A stretch of 64,000 bases of DNA from Desulfobacterales bacterium (GTDB lineage Bacteria; Desulfobacterota; Desulfobacteria; Desulfobacterales; SURF-7): positions 5,165-69,164 of the forward strand of contig JBGSLR010000026.1 of assembly GCA_041740615.1 (NCBI GenBank). The letters are read 5' to 3'. Numbering within the stretch: position 1 is the stretch's first letter; each line of letters begins with the position of its first letter. Position numbers and translations under genes: made by a program. This document shows, in pieces, positions 48,603-58,080 of the stretch. The notes under the pieces were generated by a model that had not been told where the DNA came from, made no database searches, and saw nothing but the letters and a program-made list of their open reading frames with translations.

Positions 48603-48924
48603 ACTATTTATTCCATATGTTGTCACCTAACATGGAGCAATCAGAACAAAAGCAAACAGAGACGTGGATGACTGTAAAAAAAAGAAATGGCCCCCTGTCA
48701 GAACTTTTTACAGGTTGTAAAAAACATATTCTGCTGATGGAAGAAACTGGGGGTATACGGAAGCTGCATTGGACAGAGATCGAATACGGACATATTTTTA
48801 CCACGAAGGACACAAAGAAATGTTCTTACGTTCCGGCACGGCAGAAATAACTTTGTGTTCTTCGTGATCAACGAAGCGAGTGGTGGTATACGCATCGCCA
48901 AAGGTTTTTTATCATTCGTTGGTA

Positions 48925-49365
48925 CTAAACATCTCCACTTCTTCGCATCAGCAGTTTGGCTTCGGCTTTTCGGATGCGTTCTTCCTGTTCATCCTTGCGC
49001 AGTCTTGCGGCTTCGAGTTTTGTCGACAAATCCGAAAAGTCCGCCGGTTTCAGGAGGTAATCAAAGGCGCCGAGCTTCATTCCCTGAACCGCCGTCTCGG
49101 TGCTGCCGTGCCCGGTGAGCAGAATGACTTCAACCAGCGGGAACTGCTTTTTGATTTCTTTCAGGGTGTCGATGCCGTCCATGCCCGGCATCTTGATATC
49201 CAGGAGGACCACATCCACCAGCTTTTCTGTCAGCCGGTCCAGGCATTCCTTTCCGCTGTGGGCGGTCAATACCTGCTCGCCGCTATCCGTGAGCCGCAGG
49301 GACATGATTTCAACAAAATCCGTTTCGTCATCGACGAGCAAAACGCGTGTGGGTATTCTGATCAT
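48925..49365 (-). CDS. single-domain CheY-like response regulator (copy B)
   Basis: 146 aa. Paralog of 46342..46782. Confidence 0.85.
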   Translation of the reverse strand: MIRIPTRVLLVDDETDFVEIMSLRLTDSGEQVLTAHSGKECLDRLTEKLVDVVLLDIKMPGMDGIDTLKEIKKQFPLVEVILLTGHGSTETAVQGMKLGAFDYLLKPADFSDLSTKLEAARLRKDEQEERIRKAEAKLLMRRSGDV

Positions 49366-49413
49366 ATCGTATTCTCCTTACCTTTCTGGTACAGAAATTC
49401 GTTCCATCGTAAC

Positions 49414-50544
49414 TCATCCATCTCGCCGGTTGGGGATGCTCACCGAAAAGCAGGCTCCTTTTCCGATGCCGCTTTCCAGCCGAATGTTTCCCTGCAGGCG
49501 TTGCACAATGCCCCGCACGATAAAAAGGCCGAGGCCCGTCCCCTTTCCCGGGGGCTTGGTGGTGAAAAAGGGTTCGAATATTTTTTCCTGATGTTCTTTG
49601 GGGATGCCGCCGCCGGTATCCGAGATCCGAAACAGAATTTGTTGTCCTTCTTCCTGGACCTGTACGGTGACAACGGCGTTTTCTTCACTGGCATGGACGG
49701 CGTTGGTCAACAGGTTGAGGAGCACCTGTCTCAATTGAAACGGATCGCTCCAGAAGATTTTCAGATGATCGGGAAGGTTGGTGGCGATCCGGATGTGTTT
49801 GACGGCCGTCTCCTTTTCCACCAGTCGGATGATATCCGCAATGAATTCGGAAAGGTCGATTTCCGACAGGGAAAGGGGTGTTTCCCGAACCACCCCCAAA
49901 AGCTGGTGGGTGATCCGGCGTGCCCGGTCCACGGCCGTTTCAATTTTTTCAAGGGCTTTTTCAATGTCGGCTTTGCGTTCGATTCCGCCTTCCCTGCTTT
50001 TACCGAGGATCTGGCGCATCCAACCCGCTGCTTCGTTGATGATCGCAAGGGGGTTGTTGATTTCATGGGCAATACCGGCCGCGAGGGTTCCCAGGGATGC
50101 CAGACGCTTGTTGGCGATGATCTGACGTTCCATGGCTTCCCGCAGTTCCGCTTCCCGCAGTTTATCCTTTTCCCGTTGGATCTTGTCATGCGCCTGGATG
50201 ATCTTGCTTTCCAGATGATCGATCTCGACGGGCTTGGTCAGATAGTCGAAAGCGCCGGCCTTGATGCCGTCGACACCGTCCTGGGGGGATGCATGACCGG
50301 TCAGGAGGATGGTCTCGATCTTCGGAAAACGCTCCCGAATGCGTCCCAGTAGATCGAGACCGCTCATCCCCGGCATTTTGACATCCGACACCACGACATC
50401 CACGGGCTGTTTTTCCAGGATGTCCAGGCCGGCGGCGCCGCTGGTGGCCAGGAGCGCCTCCATACCTCTCTTTTTCAGTCGTTTGGCGATGGCCTCGATA
50501 AAATAGAGTTCATCGTCCACGAGCAGCAGGCGAATGGGTTCCAC
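49414..50544 (-). CDS. hybrid histidine kinase: N-terminal receiver followed by HisKA + HATPase_c, with no sensor domain
   Basis: Receiver (LLVDDE..DVKMPG..LTGHA), H-box [11 protein letters not shown] and G boxes. It starts 4 nt after the stop of transporter B. Confidence 0.85.
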   Translation of the reverse strand: MEPIRLLLVDDELYFIEAIAKRLKKRGMEALLATSGAAGLDILEKQPVDVVVSDVKMPGMSGLDLLGRIRERFPKIETILLTGHASPQDGVDGIKAGAFDYLTKPVEIDHLESKIIQAHDKIQREKDKLREAELREAMERQIIANKRLASLGTLAAGIAHEINNPLAIINEAAGWMRQILGKSREGGIERKADIEKALEKIETAVDRARRITHQLLGVVRETPLSLSEIDLSEFIADIIRLVEKETAVKHIRIATNLPDHLKIFWSDPFQLRQVLLNLLTNAVHASEENAVVTVQVQEEGQQILFRISDTGGGIPKEHQEKIFEPFFTTKPPGKGTGLGLFIVRGIVQRLQGNIRLESGIGKGACFSVSIPNRRDG

Positions 50545-50548
50545 GTTT

Positions 50549-52126
50549 TTACACCAGTCCTAATATTTTCCACCATATTCCGGCGACGGCCACGAGAATT
50601 GTCAGCAATATCGGTGTCGCAACCAAACCGGCTTTTGTCAAGTCCGAAGCTTTGAAATACCGATAACTATAGGCGATTGCGTTGGGCGGGCAGCCGATCA
50701 CCAGCAGCATGGCAAAGGAGGTGGCCATTCCCAGACACAGGGCCAGAATGGTGGGATTGACCCCTTCCAGTTGGGCCATGGGGATGACGATGGGCAGAAT
50801 CAAGGCCGCCGCGGCCACGTTGGCCATGACATTGGTCACTAGTGCGCCGAAGACGCCCACGCCCACGAACAGGACCAGCCAGCCGCCGCCTTTGATCAGC
50901 GGGAAAAAGAGGTTGGCGAAATAACCCGCCGCCCCGGTGGAGCCCATGGCCAGTCCCAAGGCCAGCCCCCCTCCGAAGATAAACAAGGCCGTGCCCCATT
51001 CCAGGTTTTCGTTGATGTCCTCCCATTTCAAGACGCCGAACAATACCAATGCGGCGACTCCCAGCATGCCGGGCACGGAATAGTCCAGGCCGTGAATTCC
51101 CTTGGTCAACCAGAACAGGAAAGTGATGCCGGTGATGACCATGGTTTTGATTTCCACTGACGTCCAGGGACCGATGCTTTCATCGAATTCAGGTAATTTT
51201 ATAGCGGGATCCGGCCGGAAGAGAAGATATACCACGCCCACGGCCGCCGGCATGGTCAACAGGGCGGCCGGCATGGCGTATTTGGACCAGCTGAAAAAAT
51301 CCAGTTCCATACCCGTGAATTCCTTTAAAAAAGCAGCTGACACCATGCAGCGGCCGCCGCCGATGAGGGTGCCCATGCCCCCGCAGGAACAGGCGAAAGC
51401 AAGGGAGAGCAGCATGAAACGGGCCGTATTGGTGTTGGGTTCGATGCCGGAGGCGCGCATGAGGGGCAGCATGATGGCGATGCCGATGGCGCAGGCGGCG
51501 GCGTCGTGCATCACCATGGAGCCCGTTCCCAGACCCAGGGCCAGAACAAATGTGAAACGGGTGACATTGGTGCCGGCCTTACGGACGATAAAGTATCCCA
51601 GTCGTTTGGTCATGCCGGCCTTGTCCAGGGAGATGGCGAAGATCAGGCAGCACATGATGAAGACCACCACCGGATGCATATAAGCCGCCCAGACATCCTT
51701 GACGTCGCCGATGCCGAAGCCCACCAGGGCAACACCGATGCAGATGGCTGTAATTTCAAGGGGGATGGGCTCCACCACGAACAGGACGACCAGCACGGCC
51801 AGGATGGCCAGAAACCGTTTGGCCTTTGGCGGCAGTCCATCCACATAGCCGACGGTTACCTGCTCCAACCCCAGGGATTTCGCCCGATCCTGTAGAAACC
51901 GGGCGTTATTATCCGGTTGGTCCGGGATTTTGATTTCAAGAGTATAGCCGGTCTCGGACTTTTTTTCAGAGGCGGCAAGTTGGAACTGCGCGCCAACATC
52001 CGCCAAGAGCAGGCGTCCCGGATCTCCGCTGATGGTGAATTGGGTCCCTTCCGGACGCGGCAGCAGCATGATGACAACGCCCAGCAGAATCGCTACACCA
52101 AGTTTAAAACCTTTTGATTGCAACAT
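50549..52126 (-). CDS. DASS/CitMHS-type anion transporter (copy B)
   Basis: Trimmed to MLQSKGFKLGV (ATG at 52126), with an RBS AAGGAG. At 525 aa it is the same length as copy A. Confidence 0.8.
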   Translation of the reverse strand: MLQSKGFKLGVAILLGVVIMLLPRPEGTQFTISGDPGRLLLADVGAQFQLAASEKKSETGYTLEIKIPDQPDNNARFLQDRAKSLGLEQVTVGYVDGLPPKAKRFLAILAVLVVLFVVEPIPLEITAICIGVALVGFGIGDVKDVWAAYMHPVVVFIMCCLIFAISLDKAGMTKRLGYFIVRKAGTNVTRFTFVLALGLGTGSMVMHDAAACAIGIAIMLPLMRASGIEPNTNTARFMLLSLAFACSCGGMGTLIGGGRCMVSAAFLKEFTGMELDFFSWSKYAMPAALLTMPAAVGVVYLLFRPDPAIKLPEFDESIGPWTSVEIKTMVITGITFLFWLTKGIHGLDYSVPGMLGVAALVLFGVLKWEDINENLEWGTALFIFGGGLALGLAMGSTGAAGYFANLFFPLIKGGGWLVLFVGVGVFGALVTNVMANVAAAALILPIVIPMAQLEGVNPTILALCLGMATSFAMLLVIGCPPNAIAYSYRYFKASDLTKAGLVATPILLTILVAVAGIWWKILGLV

Positions 52127-52233
52127 CTTATAATCTCCTTTTCCACGGACGACAGGCCTTCCGCAGCGCAAACGGGTACCCTTTCGGGCGGAACAGCATT
52201 CGCCGGCATTACATCCGATTGCCGGATTCCGTG

Positions 52234-52641
52234 TTAATCATTGCGCTGTCGCGCCTGATATGCCTTTTTAATTTTCGTCAACAGTTCTTCCAGTTCACAG
52301 GGCTTGGTCAGGTAGTCAAAGGCGCCGCAACTCATCCCTTCCTTCGCTGCGGCGGCGGATCCATGACCGGTGAGCATGATCACTTCCATGAGCGGGTCCA
52401 TTTTCTTGAAGATGCGCAGGACATCGAGGCCGTTCATGTCCTCCATTTTCAGGTCGAGAACCGCCACGTCGAAATCCTGGTGCCGCATGGTCTGGATGGC
52501 TTCGGTGCCGCCATAGGCTTTCACCACCTGAAATCCCCTCTTGGTGAGGCGGTTGGCCAGCACATTGGCGTAGCCCTCCTCATCATCCACCAAAAGGATT
52601 CGAGCCGCCCCTTGAACCGGCGTTTTGCTTTGAGCTGTCAT
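52234..52641 (-). CDS. single-domain response regulator receiver
   Basis: ILLVDDE, LDLKMEDMNG, LTGHG. Confidence 0.85.
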   Translation of the reverse strand: MTAQSKTPVQGAARILLVDDEEGYANVLANRLTKRGFQVVKAYGGTEAIQTMRHQDFDVAVLDLKMEDMNGLDVLRIFKKMDPLMEVIMLTGHGSAAAAKEGMSCGAFDYLTKPCELEELLTKIKKAYQARQRND

Positions 52642-52652
52642 GGTCCAGGCCC

Positions 52653-53084
52653 TTATGCCATCCGTTGGGTGATTTCTTTCATTCGCGCCTCGATGATTTT
52701 GATTTCGTGCTTTCGTTTTTTATCCGCGGCTTCCGTCACCTTGGACAGCAGGATATCCATATCGCAGGGCTTCATGAGATAATCAAAGGCGCCCAGCTTC
52801 ATCCCTTCGATGGCGGATTCGACGGTGGCGTGACCGGTCAGCATGATGACTTCCAGCAACGGATGTCGCCTCTTGATTTCCATCAGGGTTTCGATGCCGT
52901 CCATGCCCGGCATCTTGACGTCCAGAATGATGACCTCGATGGTGTTATTTTTGTCCAGCAACGCCAGAGCGTCATTCCCGTTCAGGGAGGTTTCGACTTC
53001 CAGCTCCCGTTTGGTGAGACGTTTTTGCATGGCCGCCACGAATGGCGCCTCATCATCCACCAGTAAAACCGTTGCAAGTTTCAT
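52653..53084 (-). CDS. single-domain CheY-like response regulator with a C-terminal charged helix
   Basis: Paralog of 41118..41576. Confidence 0.85.
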   Translation of the reverse strand: MKLATVLLVDDEAPFVAAMQKRLTKRELEVETSLNGNDALALLDKNNTIEVIILDVKMPGMDGIETLMEIKRRHPLLEVIMLTGHATVESAIEGMKLGAFDYLMKPCDMDILLSKVTEAADKKRKHEIKIIEARMKEITQRMA

Positions 53085-53143
53085 GTACGCTTTCTCCTTT
53101 CTTATAGAAATGATCCAAACGATATTTCAAAAAGCCTTTCCGG

Positions 53144-54907
53144 TCATTCCAGCGACAAGGTCGCCTCCTCGGTTTTTACCGATGGCGCGGTCGCTGGGCG
53201 TTCACTCTGGGCCATATTGGCGATGGGCAATTTGATCCGGAAGCGTGTGCCGATGCCGACAGCGCTGTTGACCGTGATGTCGCCCCCCATTTTCTGGACA
53301 ATGCCGAAGCAGATGGACAACCCCAGACCGGTTCCCTTTCCCACCGGTTTGGTGGTGAAAAACGGGTCGAAAATTCTGGGCAGTATGGATTCCGGGATTC
53401 CCGGTCCGTTGTCGGCGATATCGATAAAGACCTGATCCTGGGATTGCTTGCTGGTGATATCGATGATGCCGCCCTTTTTTTCCATGACGTAGAGGGCGTT
53501 GTTGATCAGATTCAGCAATACCTGCTGCATTTCGGAAGGAGAAATGTTCATCCGCGGGATGTCCTGTTGCAGGTGGGTCCGGATATCCACACTGTTGTAT
53601 TTGGCCATTTGGGAACTGAGCGCCACGATTTCGACGATCAGGTCGTTGATTTGAACATCCTTGGTCTGGCTGTCGGTCTTGCGGGCGAAACTGAGCAGTT
53701 TATGGGTGATGTCCTTGCAGCGTTTTCCCTGGGTATGAATCTGCTTGAGGGATTTTTTAAATTCCGCAAGGTTATTGGTTTCCCGGAGATCTTCTTCTTC
53801 CAACAGATCGCCGATCCAGCCGGCTTCCTCCACCATGATGGCCACCGGATTATTGATTTCATGAGCGATGCCGGCGGCCAGCTCTCCCAGGGACGCCAAT
53901 TTTCCCGTTTCCACCACTTGCTGTTGCATCATCTCATTCTTCTTGTCGGCTGAACGGATGATGCGCACAATCCGCCGGGAAAGGATCAAGGCCATGAATA
54001 GAATGGCGCAGGCGCCCAACAGGAAGATGACGGCGGCGATTTTTTCCGTGCGGTCGAGATCGGAGAAGGCATCGGCGGCATCCTGTTGGAAAACCAGCAG
54101 CCAATCGTTGTTTTTCAGAAAAGCGGTGACGTATATGTGTCTTCGACCTTCTTCTTCCGCATTCCGGAACATGTGAATTTCTTTTTCATCCTGATTGGAA
54201 GCTTTCAACAGGTATTCGATTTTCGGAGGGGTGACATCGAAGGAAGGTTTGGTTTGGAGCTGGCCGTCTTTGTTGATCAGAAAGGCAATTCCGGTGCGAC
54301 CGACCCGCAGATTTTCCACCAGGGAATTGAAGGCCGTGAAATCGATGGTGGCCCTCAGAATCCAATACCTTCCCCCATAGGTATGCCGGACCGCAATGAT
54401 AAAATGAGGGTGGCCGCGCAGGCCCAGAAAAACATCACTGATGTAATAGCTGCTTTTAATCGCTTCATGAAACCAGTCCGCATCCGCATAACGCGCCTGG
54501 GACAGGTTGAAGGGGCCGGCATAGGCCATTTGAATCCCCTCGTCATTGATGAGACCCAAATCCGTGAAGACGAGACCGTATTCCCGTTTCAGCAGATTCA
54601 ACTTTTCCTGGAGAAAGGGTTCATTGATCAACTCTTCCAGGCTGCGGTTGGCCGAAAGAAATCGTAAATTGCTCAAGCGTTCCTTCAGAAAGGCATCGAT
54701 GTTCTGTTTGTGCTTCATCACGACTTCCACCAGATGATCATCGGTCTTTTCGATGTAGGAGTCCCGAAACTGATACAGCAGGGTAACGATGACCAGAATC
54801 ATGGGACTGAACGATACGATCATGATGGTCAGAATGATTTTGCGGGTGAGACTCTGGTAGAAATTGGCGTCCGAATGGCTGGTGGCGTAATTCATATGCG
54901 GATTCAT
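53144..54907 (-). CDS. sensor histidine kinase with a periplasmic Cache/PDC-type domain (paralog of 41817..43532)
   Basis: Same architecture. The H-box is AHEINNPVAI, and GLRGHPHFIIAV lies in the sensor domain. Confidence 0.85.
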   Translation of the reverse strand: MNPHMNYATSHSDANFYQSLTRKIILTIMIVSFSPMILVIVTLLYQFRDSYIEKTDDHLVEVVMKHKQNIDAFLKERLSNLRFLSANRSLEELINEPFLQEKLNLLKREYGLVFTDLGLINDEGIQMAYAGPFNLSQARYADADWFHEAIKSSYYISDVFLGLRGHPHFIIAVRHTYGGRYWILRATIDFTAFNSLVENLRVGRTGIAFLINKDGQLQTKPSFDVTPPKIEYLLKASNQDEKEIHMFRNAEEEGRRHIYVTAFLKNNDWLLVFQQDAADAFSDLDRTEKIAAVIFLLGACAILFMALILSRRIVRIIRSADKKNEMMQQQVVETGKLASLGELAAGIAHEINNPVAIMVEEAGWIGDLLEEEDLRETNNLAEFKKSLKQIHTQGKRCKDITHKLLSFARKTDSQTKDVQINDLIVEIVALSSQMAKYNSVDIRTHLQQDIPRMNISPSEMQQVLLNLINNALYVMEKKGGIIDITSKQSQDQVFIDIADNGPGIPESILPRIFDPFFTTKPVGKGTGLGLSICFGIVQKMGGDITVNSAVGIGTRFRIKLPIANMAQSERPATAPSVKTEEATLSLE

Positions 54908-55329
54908 CCCTGATCAAGTTCGGCGCTGCGCCGGGGCATCGTCTTCTGACGGTTGTCCCGGCGGTCGAATATCCTGGCAACGGCTTTTTTGACATTCTCA
55001 ATGCTGTTTCCGGATTTTTCGATGATGTCGTTTATGGCGACGCCTTCCAGGCCATTGGCGCTATCCGCCCCATGGGCATGCAGCACAAGGGGCAACGTCG
55101 GAATGCGTTCTTTCAGTCTTCGCAATGGAGCAAGGGTTCCATTGTCCGGCAAATCCGGATCCATGATCAGCAGGTCCGGGGATTCCGCCTTAAACGCCAG
55201 CTCGACAACCTCCTGGGCGGTTTTGGCCAGATGAATGCGGTAGCCGGCGGAGGCCAGTTCCCTTTTCAGCAGTTCCCGGACATGGGGATTCCGATCGGCG
55301 ATCAATATGGTGAATGTTTTTATTGTCAT
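54904..55329 (-). CDS. atypical receiver-domain protein
   Basis: ILIADRN...LLIMDPDLPD...LVLHAH has a receiver-like topology with a divergent active site. It overlaps the kinase gene by 4 nt. Confidence 0.65.
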   Translation of the reverse strand: MTIKTFTILIADRNPHVRELLKRELASAGYRIHLAKTAQEVVELAFKAESPDLLIMDPDLPDNGTLAPLRRLKERIPTLPLVLHAHGADSANGLEGVAINDIIEKSGNSIENVKKAVARIFDRRDNRQKTMPRRSAELDQG

Positions 55330-55444
55330 AGATGCTCTTGGTATTTTCTATGATGCGGGCGGCATCATCATGGAGAATCTCTCCGTTGCCTGATCGCTTA
55401 TTGGGTCGGGGGATATGATCCCCCTTCCGAAGGTTTCATCGCGA

Positions 55445-56248
55445 TCAGCGAATGGGTTTCATGCCTTTTTGCTTGATGACGTCTCTCCCTTTCGGCGTCA
55501 ATGCAAACTGAATGAATTTTTGGACCGCACCGGTAGGGGTCCCTTTGGTGACGAAAGAATAAATCTGATAATACGGATAACGTATGTCCTCGGGTGCGTG
55601 ACCGTTGATTTTCAAGGCCTTGACTTTCGCATGGTCTTTGGTGGTGCCGTAACCGATGAAAGAAATCATGGCCGGAGAGCGTTCCACCGCATTCAGTACG
55701 CCGGTCGATCGGTAGGCGGTGAAATCATACAGCAGCTCGCGTTGGGACATCACCTGTCGATCGAAATTCTTGTAGGCGCCGGTTTTTTCCCCCGGAATCA
55801 TTACGACGATGTTTTCATCCCGCCCCCCCAACTCTTTCCAGTTGATGATGGTTTTGTTGAATATCCCCTTTAGTTGCTCATCGGTAATATCACCCACCGG
55901 ACAGTCGACATTGACGATCACGGCCAGGGGATCGCGGCAGAATGGTATTTGCACATAGCCATATTCCCGGTGACGGTAGGAAAGATGTTCTGTGGTGCTG
56001 GCAATATCACTGAAATCACTAAGCAATCGTCGAACGGCAGCATTGGATGAGGAAACGGTTTTTTCCACGACCACACCGGTCTCCTTGGTGAACGATGCAA
56101 TAAAATCGTTGCCGAACACTTCATGCACTTGCGCCGAGCAGCTATATCGAATGGTTTCCTGAGCCGCCGCCGTGAAGATGGGAAGCAGGATGCAGAAAAT
56201 ACAGATAACGATCCGGCTATACAATCGAGTGAGCGTATTTTTTTTCAT
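55445..56248 (-). CDS. solitary PstS-like (PBP-fold) periplasmic binding protein, first gene of the long operon
   Basis: A signal peptide, and LKGIFNKTIINWKELGG, which is typical of phosphate/anion-binding PBPs. Confidence 0.65.
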   Translation of the reverse strand: MKKNTLTRLYSRIVICIFCILLPIFTAAAQETIRYSCSAQVHEVFGNDFIASFTKETGVVVEKTVSSSNAAVRRLLSDFSDIASTTEHLSYRHREYGYVQIPFCRDPLAVIVNVDCPVGDITDEQLKGIFNKTIINWKELGGRDENIVVMIPGEKTGAYKNFDRQVMSQRELLYDFTAYRSTGVLNAVERSPAMISFIGYGTTKDHAKVKALKINGHAPEDIRYPYYQIYSFVTKGTPTGAVQKFIQFALTPKGRDVIKQKGMKPIR

Positions 56249-56335
56249 GGTTCTTCTCCTGACGGAACGATTTTGTACGAGTTTTGCTTGCTATGCAGGT
56301 TAGCATGGCCGGCAATCGATTTTACATGAATATTG

Positions 56336-56350
56336 GCAATGAACATGCCA
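56336..56350 (-). promoter_or_regulatory. sigma-54 promoter for the binding-protein / response-regulator / kinase / transporter operon
   Basis: The minus strand reads TGGCAT-GTTCA-TTGCC. The sequence is a near-palindrome, and the minus-strand reading is the better match. Confidence 0.5.
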
Positions 56351-56446
56351 GGGTGTCGGTGGAACACAGTTTTTGGATAACTATCTGTTATGATGTTATT
56401 TTTATATTATATAGCTCGCCGAATTTATCCACCGTCCGGTTTCGAA

Positions 56447-56496
56447 TGTCGGTTTTTTTTACGGACATCCGTTGGGGGTGTCGGCTTTTTTTACAG
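56447..56496. repeat. two direct repeats TGTCGG-Y-T7/8-AC-RG, 32 nt apart; candidate activator (UAS) sites
   Basis: TGTCGGTTTTTTTTACGG (56447-64) and TGTCGGCTTTTTTTACAG (56479-96). A third TGTCGG lies at 56354. They sit about 100-150 nt upstream of the minus-strand sigma-54 promoter. Confidence 0.4.
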
Positions 56497-56610
56497 TGGA
56501 CAACAGCGCGCCGGCTCAATACAATGGAATGTGGATTTTTTGTCATCATTACCATGCATCCGAAATCGTTATTGCGGTGTTTTCGGATCAACCATGAAAG
56601 AAAAAAGCCC

Positions 56611-58080
56611 ATGTTTCAAAAAGTAAGCCTCCGGTTGCGACTGTTTTTATTGATAACGGCGCTGGCGTTGCTGAATCTTCTCGGTTCCCTGGGAACGGTC
56701 TGGTATACGTATCGAACGCAGAGCCTTTATGCGGCTGTACTGGATCAGGACGTGTCCGCGCTGACGGCCGCGCAGAAAATGGAAACCGAGTTGATCATGC
56801 AGAAAGGGTTGACCAGCTATTTTTTCCTGACCAACGACGAAAAATGGCTTGCACAACTGCTTGAGCGGACGCGGAATTTTAAACATTGGCTGACCGTTGC
56901 GCGGGAGATGAACAACATCGAGGAAGCCAGGGGGATCCTGAATGAAATCGAATCCCGCTTCATCCAGTATGGATTCGATCGGGATAATGTGATTGCGCTG
57001 TATAAGGGAGGTAAACGAAAAGAAGGGGAAAATCTGCACTGGAAGGTCCGTGACCAGTTTTTCGCCATTTTTGATCTGGCTGAAAAATTCAAGACGGCCC
57101 ATGAACGTCAGATTGCGGATCTGCAGAGAAAATTTCGGCGATCCAGCTCGAAAATGGCGGTATTCGCCTGGGCCGCCATCCCATGCGTACTGATTATCAG
57201 TATCCTGCTCACCGCCATCATTTTACGGCAGATCTTGAGTCCCATCCGCCGACTGGCCATGGGAAAGGAAGGCCCGAAAAGACCCATCGGCGACGAAGTC
57301 CAAGCGGTGAAAAACCGCCTGGACGATCTGGTGGAGAATATCGGGCAAACCCAGGCGAAACTGATGGAAAGTCAGGCCCATCTTATTCAGTCAGAAAAAC
57401 TTGCCATGGTGGGGAAGCTCGCGGCCGGTGTGGCGCACAGCGTCCGGAATCCATTGACTTCCGTTAAAATGAGACTGTTCACATTGGAACGCAGCCTGCA
57501 GCTGACGCCGCCCCAGAAAGAGGACCTGGATGTCATTTCCGAGGAAATCCGGCATATCGATACCATCCTCAGAAATTTTCTTGAGTATTCGCGGCCGCCC
57601 AAACTGAAAATGCACACGGCCAGTCCTTCCGATGTAGTGGATATGACCTTGCAACTGTTGCGGCATCGTTTCGATTCCTACCGCACGGAAGTCCAGGTAA
57701 TAAGAACCGGGAGATTGCCCGAGATACCCATCGATACGGATCAATTGAAAGAAGTGCTGGTCAATCTGATGGTGAATGCCTGTGAGGCCATGGGGGAAGG
57801 CGGGACAATTCAGATCCAGGAAGAAACCGGCCTGCGGGAGAATATAGGAGAAGTTGCGCTGATTGAAGTCCATGACAATGGCCCGGGAATACCGGCGGCG
57901 CTTGTGGATAAGATTTTTCAGCCTTTTTTCAGCTCCAAGGAGGAAGGTTCGGGACTGGGACTCAGCATCGCAAGGCGGATAATTGAAGAGCACGGCGGCG
58001 AAATCAACGCGAAGCCCGATGAAGGCATCGGGGCCACCTTTGTCATCTCGCTGCCCCTGAAGGAGGAGATCCATGGCTAA
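56611..58080 (+). CDS. sensor histidine kinase (two transmembrane segments, helical periplasmic sensor, HisKA + HATPase_c), partner of the sigma-54 activator
   Basis: Trimmed to MFQKVSLRLRLFLL. H-box AHSVRNPL, and G boxes DNGPGIP and GSGLGL. Confidence 0.85.
   Translation: MFQKVSLRLRLFLLITALALLNLLGSLGTVWYTYRTQSLYAAVLDQDVSALTAAQKMETELIMQKGLTSYFFLTNDEKWLAQLLERTRNFKHWLTVAREMNNIEEARGILNEIESRFIQYGFDRDNVIALYKGGKRKEGENLHWKVRDQFFAIFDLAEKFKTAHERQIADLQRKFRRSSSKMAVFAWAAIPCVLIISILLTAIILRQILSPIRRLAMGKEGPKRPIGDEVQAVKNRLDDLVENIGQTQAKLMESQAHLIQSEKLAMVGKLAAGVAHSVRNPLTSVKMRLFTLERSLQLTPPQKEDLDVISEEIRHIDTILRNFLEYSRPPKLKMHTASPSDVVDMTLQLLRHRFDSYRTEVQVIRTGRLPEIPIDTDQLKEVLVNLMVNACEAMGEGGTIQIQEETGLRENIGEVALIEVHDNGPGIPAALVDKIFQPFFSSKEEGSGLGLSIARRIIEEHGGEINAKPDEGIGATFVISLPLKEEIHG

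Noticed and set aside
46300-52200. Possibility that the duplicated transporter / receiver cassette is a mobile element
   Set aside because: There is no transposase, integrase, terminal inverted repeat or target-site duplication at the cassette ends. The duplication looks like local tandem amplification.
55411-55427. GGGGGAT-ATG-ATCCCCC hairpin between the binding-protein and receiver genes, as a terminator
   Set aside because: No U-tract follows on the transcribed strand, and downstream genes need read-through. At most it is a partial attenuator or stabilising stem, so it is not listed as a feature.
56334-56350. Plus-strand reading of the near-palindromic TGGCAATGAACATGCCA as a sigma-54 promoter for the kinase at 56611
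   Set aside because: The plus-strand -12 element is ATGC rather than TTGC, and the site would lie about 270 nt from the start codon. The minus-strand reading (TGGCAT-N5-TTGCC) is the better match and is well placed for the binding-protein operon.
56447-56496. Possible CRISPR-like repeats
   Set aside because: There are only two 18-nt copies of a T-rich motif, with no array and no cas genes. They are interpreted as activator binding sites instead.
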